NCBI GenBank assembly: GCA_900320855.1
Contig: ONTV01000001.1
Coordinates: forward strand, 1 to 45,810
Origin: an uncultured Lentisphaerota bacterium
GTDB lineage: Bacteria; Verrucomicrobiota; Kiritimatiellia; RFP12; UBA1067
DNA: 45,810 nucleotides
Reading direction: 5' to 3'
Numbering within the stretch: the first letter of the stretch is position 1; the number at the start of each line of letters is the position of its first letter. Positions 1 to 8,550 of this stretch are shown piece after piece. The notes under the pieces are model-generated. The model made no database searches. It was given only the letters and a program-made list of their open reading frames with translations, and was not told where the DNA came from. A program made the position numbers and the translations under genes.

Positions 1-844
1 CGCGGCCGCCGTGCTTGGCCTCCCACTTCGCGAGTTTGGCGGCCTCCTTTTCGGCGCGGCGCGCCTCCTTGGCGGCGAGCTTCTCCTGGCGGATGCGCTC
101 CTTTTCCTCGGCGCGCTGGCGGCGCGCGGCTTCCTTCGCCGCGCGGGCGGCGGCGAGAGGGCCGTTAGGGGCGGAGTTAGGGGCGACTGAAGTCGCCCCC
201 TCCGAGAAGGGAGAAGTTGCCCCCTCCGAGAAGGGGTCGACTTCTTCCTTGCTCCTTGCTCCTTTCCCCAGCGCCCAGCGGAAGAGGGCGGCGAAGAAGT
301 CCGCGAGGTTTCGCGCGCCGACGGCGCCGACGAGCGAGAGGGCCAGGAGAATGACGACGAGGACGGCCGAGCCGAAGTCGCTCAGGAGCGGCGAAAGGCA
401 GCGCGTCATGATGAGGTAGCCGATGACGCCACCCGCGTCCGCGAGGTTGAGGTGGCGGGCGAGGGACGAAATGCCGTTCGCGTGCGCGCCGAGGACTTGC
501 AGGAGGCAGGCGACGGACGCGAGGAAGGCGGTGAACCAGATCTCGCGGCGGCCGGGGCGCATTCGGCGCCCGCGCACGAGGCAGAGCGCGGCGACGACGC
601 AGACGATCGGCACAATCCAGATCGCGAGGCCGAAGACGCGGTAGCCGTAGTAGGCGAAGCCGTCGCCGAGCGCGCCGATCCAGTTGTGCGAGGGCAGGGG
701 CGGGACGTTCAGCTCGGCGCGCGTGCGCCAATCGTAGGAGAGCAGCGCGCCCAGAGGAAAGAGCGCGAGCGGGAAGAGCAGCCAGGCGACGACGCTGCGC
801 CGCGTCTCGGCGCTGTCAGGGGTGCTGGAGGGCGGGTTTGTCAT
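1..844 (-). CDS. ftsK: DNA translocase FtsK/SpoIIIE, N-terminal membrane domain plus low-complexity linker (5' part only, runs off window start)
   Basis: Absent from the ORF track because it has no stop inside the window. I translated the minus strand from the ATG (complement of 842-844). It reads MTNPPSSTPDSAETRRSVVAWLLFPLALFPLGALLSYDW..NWIGALGDGFAYYGYRVFGLAIWIVPIVCVV..LADAGGVIGYLIMTRCLSPLLSDFGSAVLVVILLALSLVG, followed by a K/E/A-rich linker. The frame stays open to position 1. The four-TM pattern with G-rich loops is typical of the FtsK 4TM domain. Confidence 0.6.
   Translation of the reverse strand, partial: MTNPPSSTPDSAETRRSVVAWLLFPLALFPLGALLSYDWRTRAELNVPPLPSHNWIGALGDGFAYYGYRVFGLAIWIVPIVCVVAALCLVRGRRMRPGRREIWFTAFLASVACLLQVLGAHANGISSLARHLNLADAGGVIGYLIMTRCLSPLLSDFGSAVLVVILLALSLVGAVGARNLADFFAALFRWALGKGARSKEEVDPFSEGATSPFSEGATSVAPNSAPNGPLAAARAAKEAARRQRAEEKERIRQEKLAAKEARRAEKEAAKLAKWEAKHGGR
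164..266 (-). repeat. Three short tandem repeats inside the ftsK linker: 12-bp x2 (164-187), 24-bp x2 (195-235), 7-bp x3 (246-266)
   Basis: GTTAGGGGCGGA/GTTAGGGGCGAC; GCCCCCTCCGAGAAGGG at 195-211 and 219-235 (encodes PFSEGATS twice on the minus strand); TCCTTGC TCCTTGC TCCTTTC. Confidence 0.8.
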
Positions 845-971
845 GTGCGGATGCGCCGGACGCTCCGCCGACGGCGGAACTCTGCTTGACGGCGTGGTAG
901 AGGACGATGGCGAGGACGAGCGCGAGGAGCTTGATGCCCCAGTTGTCCGTCAGGAACGCGAGGCGCTTCAT
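816..971 (-). CDS. Small membrane-anchored ORF (51 aa) resembling only the N-terminal TM anchor of CdaR/YbbR-type cdaA partners
   Basis: Internal ATG of ORF 816..1784(-): MKRLAFLTDNWGIKLLALVLAIVLYHAVKQSSAVGG... Its start overlaps the cdaA stop (ATGA-type junction at 968-971) and its end overlaps the ftsK start by 29 nt. There are no YbbR repeats. Confidence 0.3.
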   Translation of the reverse strand: MKRLAFLTDNWGIKLLALVLAIVLYHAVKQSSAVGGASGASAHDKPALQHP

Positions 972-1792
972 GCGCGGCCTCCCTTCTTCAGGAAACGGGC
1001 CTGGACCTGGGCGAGCAGGCGGTTCGCCTTGCGCTCGCGGAACATGACCTTCGCGATCCAGCGCACGAGCGACGAAGCGCAGGCGGCGTCGCCCGCGTAG
1101 CGGATGAGCCGCCCGTTGTGGGCGACCGAAACGGCCCCCGTCTCCTCCGAGACGACGACGACGAGCGCGTCCGTCTCCTCGGAGAGGCCGACGGCCGCGC
1201 GGTGGCGCATGCCGCTGACGATGAGGTCCGGGTTGTTCGAGACGGGGAAGATGCAGTGCGCGGCGGCGAGCCGCCCGTCGCGCACCGTGACGCCGCCGTC
1301 GTGGAGCGGCAGGGGCGGCGTGAAGAGGCAGGTCAGGAGCTCGCGCGAGAACGTCGCGTTGAGCGGCACGCCCGTCTCCTCGTAGCTGCGCAGGCTGATG
1401 CCGCGCTCGAAGGCGATCAGCGCGCCCATGCGGCGGGCGGCGAGATGCAGGATCGCCTCGGCGACGTATTCGGGCGTCGCCGCGCCGTCCGGCCCGTACT
1501 TGCGCTTCTCGAGCGAGCCGAACGCGCCGACCTGGCTGAGGATGCGGCGGATCTCGGGCTGGAAGATGACGACCGTCGAGATCGCGAGGTAGACGAGCAG
1601 GCTCCGCAGGATGACGGAGAGGACGTCGAAATGGAAGACGAACGTGAAGAGCGTGAGTGCGGCGGCGAGCAGCCCCACGCCCATGAGGACCTGGCCGAAG
1701 CGCGAGCCGCGCGCGCGCTTCAGGATCGCGTAGATGACGATGTAGAGGATCGCGATCTGCGCGATCGCCGACAGATCGACCCACTCAGCCAT
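968..1792 (-). CDS. cdaA: Diadenylate cyclase CdaA (c-di-AMP synthase)
   Basis: 274 aa. An N-terminal triple-TM segment is followed by a DAC domain with GALIAFERG, PLHDGGVTV and GMRHRAAVGLSEETDALVVVVSEETG (the RHR motif). Confidence 0.9.
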   Translation of the reverse strand: MAEWVDLSAIAQIAILYIVIYAILKRARGSRFGQVLMGVGLLAAALTLFTFVFHFDVLSVILRSLLVYLAISTVVIFQPEIRRILSQVGAFGSLEKRKYGPDGAATPEYVAEAILHLAARRMGALIAFERGISLRSYEETGVPLNATFSRELLTCLFTPPLPLHDGGVTVRDGRLAAAHCIFPVSNNPDLIVSGMRHRAAVGLSEETDALVVVVSEETGAVSVAHNGRLIRYAGDAACASSLVRWIAKVMFRERKANRLLAQVQARFLKKGGRA

Positions 1793-1854
1793 GTGTCGCC
1801 GCCTCCGCGCCGTCTTGCGCGCGCTGCTGTTTCGTCTCGTATGCCATAGGCGGA

Positions 1855-1868
1855 ATTATACCAAAAAA
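1855..1868 (-). promoter_or_regulatory. Extended -10 promoter (minus strand TTTTTTGGTATAAT) for cdaA
   Basis: The reverse complement of 1855-1868 is TTTTTTGGTATAAT, about 60 nt upstream of the cdaA ATG. It belongs to the 12-member motif family in this window. Confidence 0.65.
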
Positions 1869-1983
1869 CGCGCGCGCTGCATTTGGGGTGTCCAGGCGGG
1901 CCTATTTCCGCTGGTTCTACTATCCGCTCGTCCTGCGCGCCGTCCAAGCCGCCTCGCGACGGGCGCCGCGAGGCGCAGGGGAA

Positions 1984-1996
1984 CTTATGGTATAAT
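1984..1996 (+). promoter_or_regulatory. Extended -10 promoter CTTATGGTATAAT for glgP
   Basis: TGGTATAAT at 1988-1996, 44 nt upstream of the glgP ATG and divergent from the cdaA promoter. Confidence 0.65.
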
Positions 1997-2040
1997 ATCT
2001 CCCCACAAGAACGAGAGGCACTTTGCCGAAAGAGAGACAG

Positions 2041-4497
2041 ATGGCTACGAAGAAGAAAGACCGCCGCGTCGAGATGTCCGTCGAGGGACTGAAGGACGAC
2101 TACGCCTGGCACCTGCGCTACACGCTCGCGAAGGACGACGCGCACACGACGCCGCGCGACCGCTACACCGCATTCGCGACAGCCGTCCGCGACCGAATCG
2201 TCGAGCGCTGGATCTCGACGCAGGAGGAGTACGGGCGCCAGAACACGAAGCGCGTCTACTACATGTCGCTCGAGTTCCTGATCGGGCGCCTCCTCGGCAA
2301 CAACGTCATCAACCTCAAGGCCGACCAGCTCTGCCGCGACGCGCTCCAGGACTTCGGCGTCAACTGGAACGACCTGCGCGACTACGAGACCGACGCGGGC
2401 CTCGGCAACGGCGGCCTCGGGCGGCTCGCCGCGTGCTACCTCGACTCGATGTCGACCCTCGACCTCGCGGGCATGGGGTATGGGCTGCGCTATGACTACG
2501 GCATCTTCCGCCAGCGCATCGTCGGCGGCAACCAGGTCGAGGAGCCCGACCACTGGCTCAAGGACGGCTATCCGTGGGAGATGGCGCGCCCCGAGTACGC
2601 GCAGCACGTCCACTTCGGCGGGCACGTCGAGTGCCGCACCGAGAACGGCCGCCAGACCTGGCACTGGGAGCCGGCCGAGACGGTGCAGGGCGTCCCCTAC
2701 GACCTGCCGATCGTCGGCTACCGCAACGCGGTGAACTCGCTCCGTCTCTGGTCGGCGAAGGCCGTCGACGACTTCGCGCTCGACAACTTCAACAAGGGCG
2801 ACTACGTCAAGGCCGTCGAGACGAAGGTCCTCGCGGAGAACCTGACGAAGGTGCTCTACCCGAACGACAACACGTCGGCCGGCAAGGAGCTTCGCCTCCG
2901 CCAGCAGTACTTCTTCGTGAGCTGCTCGCTGCAGGACATCCTGCGCCGCTACCGCCGCCTCAACCCGACGTGGGACGCGCTTCCGGAGAAGGTCTTCATC
3001 CACCTCAACGACACGCACCCGACGCTCGTCATCCCCGAGCTCATGCGCATCCTCATCGACCTTGAGGGGCTGGGCTGGGACCAGGCGTGGGACCTGACGC
3101 GCCGCGCGACGGGCTACACGAACCACACGATCCTCCAGGAGGCGCTGGAGAAGTGGCCGGTGCCGATGATGGAGCGGCTGCTGCCGCGCCACCTGCAGAT
3201 CATCTACGAGATCAACGGGCGCTTCCTCCAGAAGGTGAGCGCGCTTTATCCGGGCGACATCCAGAAGCTTCAGCGCATGTCCCTCATCGACGAGGGCGGC
3301 GTGCGCTCGGTGCGGATGGCGAACCTCTGCCTCGTCGGCACGTCGTCCGTGAACGGCGTCGCCGAGCTGCACACGAAGATCCTGAAGGAGAGCCTGTTCA
3401 AGGACTTCTACGAGCTCTGGCCGGAGAAGTTCCACAACGTGACGAACGGCATCACGCCGCGCCGCTGGCTCCTCAAGGCGAACCCGATGCTCGCGCAGCT
3501 CATCAGCGAGTCGATCGGCGAGAGCTGGATCACGCATCTCGACGAGCTCAAGGGGCTGGAGAAGTTCGCGAACGACGCGGGCTTCCTCGACGCGCTCGCG
3601 AAGATCAAGCGCTCCAACAAGGGCCAGCTCGCGGCTTGGACGCAGAAGAACCTCGGCATCGCGCTCAACCCCGACGCGATCTTCGACGTGCAGGTGAAGC
3701 GCCTGCACGAGTACAAGCGCCAGCTCCTGCTCGCGCTCTACATCATCGTCTTCTACAACCGCCTCCTGAACGACCCGACGTACGACCCGAAGCCGCGCCA
3801 GTTCATCTTCGCGGCGAAGGCGGCGCCCGGCTACTACATGGCGAAGCTCATCATCCGCTTCATCCACGGGATCGCGGGCGTCGTGAACGCGAACCCGAAG
3901 ACGCGCGACCGCCTGCAGGTCGCGTTCCTGCCCGACTACCGCGTCTCGCTCGCGGAGAAGATCATGCCGGCCTCCGAGGTCTCCGAGCAGATCTCGCTCG
4001 CGGGCATGGAGGCGTCGGGCACGGGCAACATGAAGTTCATGATGAACGGCGCGCTCACGCTCGGCACCTACGATGGCGCGAACGTCGAGATCAACCAGGA
4101 GGTCGGCGACGCGAACATGTTCCTCTTCGGCCTGCGGACCGAGGACGTCGCGCGCCTGCGCCCGACCTACGTCTCGCGCGACTACTACCGGAAGGACCCG
4201 GAGATCAAGCTCGCGCTCGACATGATCCGCGAGAACGTCTTCTCGCTCCTCGATCCGGGGCTGTTCGAGCCGATCCTGCGGAGCCTCCTGGACTACAACG
4301 ACTACTACATGCTCCTCGCCGACCTCAAGGACTACTGCCGCGCGCAGGATCTCGTCGACCGGACGTACCGCGACGCGAAGAAGTGGAACCGGATGTCGCT
4401 CGTCAACATCGCGCGCTCGGGCCGGTTCTCGTCCGACCGCGCGGTGATGGAGTACGCGAAGGACATCTGGCACGTCGAGCCCGTCACGTTCGCGTAG
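2041..4497 (+). CDS. glgP: Glycogen/maltodextrin phosphorylase
   Basis: ORF 2023..4497; the first ATG is at 2041 (MATKKKDRR). Conserved GLGNGGLGRLAAC and the PLP-lysine region EASGTGNMKFMMNGALTLGTYDGANVEI are present. Confidence 0.95.
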   Translation: MATKKKDRRVEMSVEGLKDDYAWHLRYTLAKDDAHTTPRDRYTAFATAVRDRIVERWISTQEEYGRQNTKRVYYMSLEFLIGRLLGNNVINLKADQLCRDALQDFGVNWNDLRDYETDAGLGNGGLGRLAACYLDSMSTLDLAGMGYGLRYDYGIFRQRIVGGNQVEEPDHWLKDGYPWEMARPEYAQHVHFGGHVECRTENGRQTWHWEPAETVQGVPYDLPIVGYRNAVNSLRLWSAKAVDDFALDNFNKGDYVKAVETKVLAENLTKVLYPNDNTSAGKELRLRQQYFFVSCSLQDILRRYRRLNPTWDALPEKVFIHLNDTHPTLVIPELMRILIDLEGLGWDQAWDLTRRATGYTNHTILQEALEKWPVPMMERLLPRHLQIIYEINGRFLQKVSALYPGDIQKLQRMSLIDEGGVRSVRMANLCLVGTSSVNGVAELHTKILKESLFKDFYELWPEKFHNVTNGITPRRWLLKANPMLAQLISESIGESWITHLDELKGLEKFANDAGFLDALAKIKRSNKGQLAAWTQKNLGIALNPDAIFDVQVKRLHEYKRQLLLALYIIVFYNRLLNDPTYDPKPRQFIFAAKAAPGYYMAKLIIRFIHGIAGVVNANPKTRDRLQVAFLPDYRVSLAEKIMPASEVSEQISLAGMEASGTGNMKFMMNGALTLGTYDGANVEINQEVGDANMFLFGLRTEDVARLRPTYVSRDYYRKDPEIKLALDMIRENVFSLLDPGLFEPILRSLLDYNDYYMLLADLKDYCRAQDLVDRTYRDAKKWNRMSLVNIARSGRFSSDRAVMEYAKDIWHVEPVTFA

Positions 4498-4530
4498 GGG
4501 GCTGCGGCGGAACGAATCGGAGAGTTGTCT

Positions 4531-4593
4531 TGAAATCTGAAATCTGAAATCTGGAATCTGAAATCCGAAATTTGAAATCTCAAATTTGAAATT
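4531..4593 (+). repeat. Heptamer tandem array, 9 units (TGAAATC x3, TGGAATC, TGAAATC, CGAAATT, TGAAATC, TCAAATT, TGAAATT)
   Basis: Read directly. It fills the glgP-proS spacer and ends 13 nt before the proS ATG. The start region itself (TGAAATG, 4608-4614) resembles a unit. Confidence 0.9.
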
Positions 4594-4606
4594 CCTCTGA
4601 AAACAC

Positions 4607-6322
4607 ATGAAATGGACTAAATCGCTCATCCAGACGCTCCGGGAGAATCCCGGCGACGCCGAAATCGACTCCCACAAGCTCATGATCCGCGCCGGCCTCA
4701 TGAAGAAGGTCGCGGGCGGCCTCTACTCCTACCTGCCGCTCGGCATGCGCGTTCTGAACAAGGTCACGAACATCGTCCGCGAGGAGATGGACCGCGCGGG
4801 CGCGCTGGAGATCGTCCTGCCGATCCTCCAGCCGGCCGAGCTCTGGGAGACGTCGGGCCGCTGGGAGGCGATGGGCCCCGGCATGTTCCGCCTGAAGGAC
4901 CGCGCGGCGCACGACTACGCGCTCTCGCCGACGGCCGAGGAGGTCGTGACGGACGTCGTCAACGGCGTCGTCTCCTCCTACCGCCAGCTGCCCGTCACGG
5001 TCTACCAGATCCAGTGGAAGTTCCGCGACGAGATCCGTCCGCGCTTCGGCCTCATGCGCTCGAAGGAGTTCCTGATGAAGGACGCCTACTCGTTCGACAC
5101 GTCGCTGGAGGCGGCGGACGCGAGCTACAAGGCGATGTTCGACGCCTACACGCGCGTCTTCGCGCGCTGCGGGCTCAAGGCGTATCCGGTCGAGGCCGAC
5201 ACGGGCGACATCGGCGGCAAGTTCAGCCACGAGTTCCACGTGCTCGCCGACGCGGGCGAGGACGGCATCGCGTTCTGCGACGGCTGCGGCTACGCGGCGA
5301 ACCTGGAGAAGGCGGAGCGGCAAATAATCGAATCGCCGAATGGTCGAATGGTCGAATGCGGGCCGTGCTTCCCCGCGCCGACGCCCGCGAAGTCGATTGA
5401 GGAGATGGTCAAGTTCTTCGGCGTGCCCGCGACGAAGATGGTCAAGACGCTCGTCTACGTCGCGGACGGCAAGCCCGTCCTCTTCTGCGTGCGCGGCGAC
5501 CGCGACCTGAACGAGGTGAAGGCGAAGCATCTCGTCGGGGCGAAGAAGTCCGCGCTCGCCGACTTCGAGACCGTGCAGAAGGTGACGGGCGCGCCCGTCG
5601 GCTACGCGGGCCCGGTCAAGCCGGCGGCGGACGTGCCGATCTACGCCGACCTCGACCTCAAGGGCGCGAAGGGCATGATCACCGGCGGCAACCTGCCGGA
5701 CGAGGTTGACCTCAACGACGTCGACTTCGACCGCGACTGCACGATCGCCGGCTACGCCGACCTCGTGGTCGTCCGCGACGGCGACGTCTGCCCGCACTGC
5801 GGCAAGCCGCTCGTCATCAAGCGCGGCATCGAGGTCGGGCACGTCTTCAAGCTCGGCACGAAGTACACGGACGCCTTCAAGGCGACGTTCAAGAACGCGG
5901 AGCTGAAGGAGAACGTCATGGTGATGGGCTGCTACGGCATCGGCGTCTCGCGCACCGTGCAGGCCGTCATCGAGCAGTGCCACGACAAGGACGGCATCGT
6001 CTGGCCCGCGTCCGTCGCGCCGTACGAGGTCGTCATCGAGAACCTCGACCCCGACAAGGCCGAGGTCACGAAGGTCGCGGACGAGCTGGAGGCCGCGCTG
6101 GAGGCGAAGGGCGTGGACGTGATCGTCGACGACCGCGCGGAGCGTCCCGGCGTCAAGTTCAAGGACGCCGACCTCATTGGCTTCCCTGTGCGCGTCGTCG
6201 TCGGCGCGAAGGGGCTGGCGAACGGCGGCGTCGAGGTGAAGCGCCGCTGCGAGGACAAGTCGCAGACGAAGGTCGTGCCGCCGGCCGAGGCCGTCGCGGC
6301 GATTCTCGCCGCGCGCGGCTGA
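4607..6322 (+). CDS. proS: Prolyl-tRNA synthetase, bacterial type with editing insertion
   Basis: 571 aa. MKWTKSLIQTLRENPGDAEIDSHKLMIRAGLMKK, class II motifs, and an INS domain between motifs 2 and 3. Confidence 0.95.
   Translation: MKWTKSLIQTLRENPGDAEIDSHKLMIRAGLMKKVAGGLYSYLPLGMRVLNKVTNIVREEMDRAGALEIVLPILQPAELWETSGRWEAMGPGMFRLKDRAAHDYALSPTAEEVVTDVVNGVVSSYRQLPVTVYQIQWKFRDEIRPRFGLMRSKEFLMKDAYSFDTSLEAADASYKAMFDAYTRVFARCGLKAYPVEADTGDIGGKFSHEFHVLADAGEDGIAFCDGCGYAANLEKAERQIIESPNGRMVECGPCFPAPTPAKSIEEMVKFFGVPATKMVKTLVYVADGKPVLFCVRGDRDLNEVKAKHLVGAKKSALADFETVQKVTGAPVGYAGPVKPAADVPIYADLDLKGAKGMITGGNLPDEVDLNDVDFDRDCTIAGYADLVVVRDGDVCPHCGKPLVIKRGIEVGHVFKLGTKYTDAFKATFKNAELKENVMVMGCYGIGVSRTVQAVIEQCHDKDGIVWPASVAPYEVVIENLDPDKAEVTKVADELEAALEAKGVDVIVDDRAERPGVKFKDADLIGFPVRVVVGAKGLANGGVEVKRRCEDKSQTKVVPPAEAVAAILAARG
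5322..5359 (+). repeat. Octamer array inside proS: AAATAA + TCGAATCG CCGAATGG TCGAATGG TCGAATGC
   Basis: Read directly. It translates in frame as QIIESPNGRMVEC. The unit and the AAATAATCGAAT flank match the array at 30010-30087. Confidence 0.85.
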
Positions 6323-6347
6323 ACGGCCCGCGCGCGCTCCGCCCCCG

Positions 6348-7205
6348 GTGAAGCTGTCCGTCCGAATCAGCCTGGCCGTGCTCGCGCTCTACGCGGGCGC
6401 GGCCGTCTTCGGCGAGGCGCAGTACCGGATCGCGCGGTTCCGGGACGTGACGCCAGCCTACAACCGCGTCGCGGCCGAGCAGCGCTTCCTGCCGCCGCTT
6501 GTCCCTGCGCCGACGACGGGCGAGCGCTATCTGCTGGGCACGGACAGTCTGGGCCGCTCCGTGGCGCTTCGGCTCGTGCAGGGCACGCGCATCGCGTTCC
6601 ACGTCGGCATCGTCACGTCGCTCATCGCGATTCCGCTCGGCGTGCTCCTCGGCCTGCTCGGCGGCTATCTGGGCGGAAAGACGGATTCGCTCGTCCTCTG
6701 GCTTTCGGCGACCGTCGCCTCGATGCCGGGGCTGCTCTTCATTTTGGCGATCTCGCTCGTCGTCGGGCAGGGGCTCTTGGGCATCTACCTGGGCATTGGC
6801 CTCACGACCTGGGTCGGCACGTGCCGGACAATCCGCGCGGAGGTGATGAAGCACCGGGACCGCGCCTACGTGCAGGCGGCGAAGACGCTGGGCTACTCGC
6901 CGCTGCGCATCATGTTCCGGCACATCCTGCCGAACGTCGCGCACATAGTCCTCATCCAGTTCTCGATCCGTTTTCCGTCCGCCGTCTCGACGGAGGTCTT
7001 CATCAGCTTCCTTGGCATCGGCGTGCAGGGCGAGCCGAGCTGGGGAATCATGATCAACAACGCGCGGCTCCGGCTCTGGCAGGGCGTCTGGTGGGAGATG
7101 ACGTTCACGACGCTGGCGATTTTCTTCCTGGTGCTGGTCTTCAACCACCTCGCCGACGCCCTGCGCGACCGTCTCGACCCCGCGCTCCGCGCCGAACGGG
7201 GGTGA
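6348..7205 (+). CDS. ABC transporter permease, OppC/DppC (BPD_transp_1) type
   Basis: 285 aa with a GTG start. LLGTDSLGRSVALRLVQG and an EAA-like loop (AYVQAAKTLGYSPLRIMFRHILPN) are present. No OppB/D/F or binding protein is adjacent. Confidence 0.8.
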   Translation: MKLSVRISLAVLALYAGAAVFGEAQYRIARFRDVTPAYNRVAAEQRFLPPLVPAPTTGERYLLGTDSLGRSVALRLVQGTRIAFHVGIVTSLIAIPLGVLLGLLGGYLGGKTDSLVLWLSATVASMPGLLFILAISLVVGQGLLGIYLGIGLTTWVGTCRTIRAEVMKHRDRAYVQAAKTLGYSPLRIMFRHILPNVAHIVLIQFSIRFPSAVSTEVFISFLGIGVQGEPSWGIMINNARLRLWQGVWWEMTFTTLAIFFLVLVFNHLADALRDRLDPALRAERG

Positions 7206-7230
7206 TCACGTCGTCAAGTCCGGCCCTTGG

Positions 7231-7242
7231 TTATGGTATAAT
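7231..7242 (+). promoter_or_regulatory. Extended -10 promoter TTATGGTATAAT
   Basis: Sits in the 75-nt gap before the SGNH hydrolase gene. Confidence 0.6.
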
Positions 7243-7280
7243 TACGCGATACGCCTGCTGTCAAGGCCAATGCAGAGGAA

Positions 7281-8549
7281 ATGAAGCAAGGAAAAAAAGG
7301 CATGAGAAAACTGATCGTCTGCGCGGTTGCGTTCGCCGCGTCCCTTGCCCCGGCGAGGGCGGAAGGAAATGTCTCCGACGTGGAGCGGGCCTGGACGGGC
7401 GAGTTGCCGTCCGCGTTCAAGAGCGGCGCGGCGGTTCCGGCCCTGGAGACGACGGGGCCGCGCGCGCAGCTCGTGGCGGGCGACTGGTCGCGCTTCGCGC
7501 GCGTCTTCGCGCGCCTGGAACGCGGCGAGCGCGTGCGCCTCGCCGTCGTCGGCGGCTCGATCACGCAGGGCGCGGGCGCGTCGTCGCGCGCGAACCAGTG
7601 GGCCTCGCGCTTCGCCGAGGGCTGGCGGCGGGCGTTTCCGAAGGCGACGGTCGATCTCGTCAACGCGGGCATTGGCGCGACGGGGTCGGACATCGGCGCC
7701 TTCCGCCTCGCGCGTGATGTCCTCGCGAAGGCGCCGGATGTGGTGGTGGTCGAGTTCTCCGTCAACGACGCGCCTGGCGAGGCGCGCGCGGCGTCCTACG
7801 AAGGCGTTCTTCGCCAACTTCTGAAGGACCCGCGCGGCATCGCCGTCCTTGCCCTCGGCATGGTCGGGCAGACCGGAAACAGCGCCCAGGCCTGGCACGG
7901 CAAGGTGGCGGCGCGCTACGAGGTTCCCTACGTGAGCTACCGGGACGCGCTCTACTATCCCTACGTGAAGGAGGGCGCGGTCAAGTGGACGGACATCTCG
8001 CCTGACACGATCCACCCCAATGACGAGGGACACGCCTATGCGGCCGCGCTCCTCAACTGGACGGTTTCGCGGCGCTACGCGGCCTGGCGGACGGCGGGAC
8101 GTCCAAGCCCCGCGCTTCCGCCGCTCGCCGCGCCGCTTTACGGCACACGCTACGACCAGGGCCGCTTCGCGCTGATGCAGGACGCGAAGATCCTCGAGAA
8201 CCGGGGCTTCTTTCCCCTGCGCGACGCCTGCTGGGGCGTGGGGCTCGCCTGCACGAACGCGAACGGACGTCTCGTCTTCGAGGTCGAGGGCGCGACGGTC
8301 GCGCTTCTCTACCGCTGCGGCAACAAGCCCTACAACTGGGGCAAGATCGCCGTGACGATTGACGGCGCGCGCGTGGTGGACGGCCTTGACTGCTTCCGCG
8401 ACCAGTGGTGGTGGTACACGCCCTCGCTCTTCCTCTGCCAGAGCCGACCCGGCCGCCATGTCGTGGAAGTCGAGACGAAGGCGGAGAAGAACGCGGCGAG
8501 CGCCGGCTACGGCTGCCATCTCACGGGGCTGCTCGTTTCGGAGGAATAG
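7281..8549 (+). CDS. Secreted SGNH/GDSL-family hydrolase with C-terminal beta-rich domain
   Basis: GGSITQGAGAS (block I Ser), VVVEFSVNDA (block III) and DTIHPNDEGH (block V). A signal peptide MRKLIVCAVAFAASLAPARA suggests the true start may be the ATG at 7302. Confidence 0.75.
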   Translation: MKQGKKGMRKLIVCAVAFAASLAPARAEGNVSDVERAWTGELPSAFKSGAAVPALETTGPRAQLVAGDWSRFARVFARLERGERVRLAVVGGSITQGAGASSRANQWASRFAEGWRRAFPKATVDLVNAGIGATGSDIGAFRLARDVLAKAPDVVVVEFSVNDAPGEARAASYEGVLRQLLKDPRGIAVLALGMVGQTGNSAQAWHGKVAARYEVPYVSYRDALYYPYVKEGAVKWTDISPDTIHPNDEGHAYAAALLNWTVSRRYAAWRTAGRPSPALPPLAAPLYGTRYDQGRFALMQDAKILENRGFFPLRDACWGVGLACTNANGRLVFEVEGATVALLYRCGNKPYNWGKIAVTIDGARVVDGLDCFRDQWWWYTPSLFLCQSRPGRHVVEVETKAEKNAASAGYGCHLTGLLVSEE

Positions 8550-8550
8550 C

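Noticed and set aside
15-731. ORFs 15..419(+), 177..731(-), 423..644(+) and 452..889(+).
   Set aside because: Their products are Arg/Ser/Ala-rich low-complexity sequences. They overlap the minus-strand frame that gives a coherent FtsK membrane domain.
4531-4593. Tandem arrays (also 30010-30087, 27894-27975 and 44539-44586) considered as CRISPR arrays.
   Set aside because: The period is only 7-8 bp, the units are contiguous with no spacers, and no cas genes are in the window.
1720-4701. 993-aa ORF antisense to glgP. Similar giants lie at 15920..19603 (1227 aa), 19515..23999 (1494 aa), 24088..27111 (1007 aa), 30746..35047 (1433 aa) and 39155..43573 (1472 aa).
   Set aside because: All lie exactly antisense to several consecutive, well-supported plus-strand genes. 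Their translations are monotonous R/A/D/E/V/L strings with no recognisable motifs. Stop-poor antisense frames are expected at this GC content, so these are not genes.
8359-8550. N-terminal extension of the proA ORF (start at 8359).
   Set aside because: It overlaps the 3' end of the SGNH hydrolase gene in another frame and is Arg-rich. The ATG at 8551 directly follows the upstream stop and begins the conserved ProA sequence.
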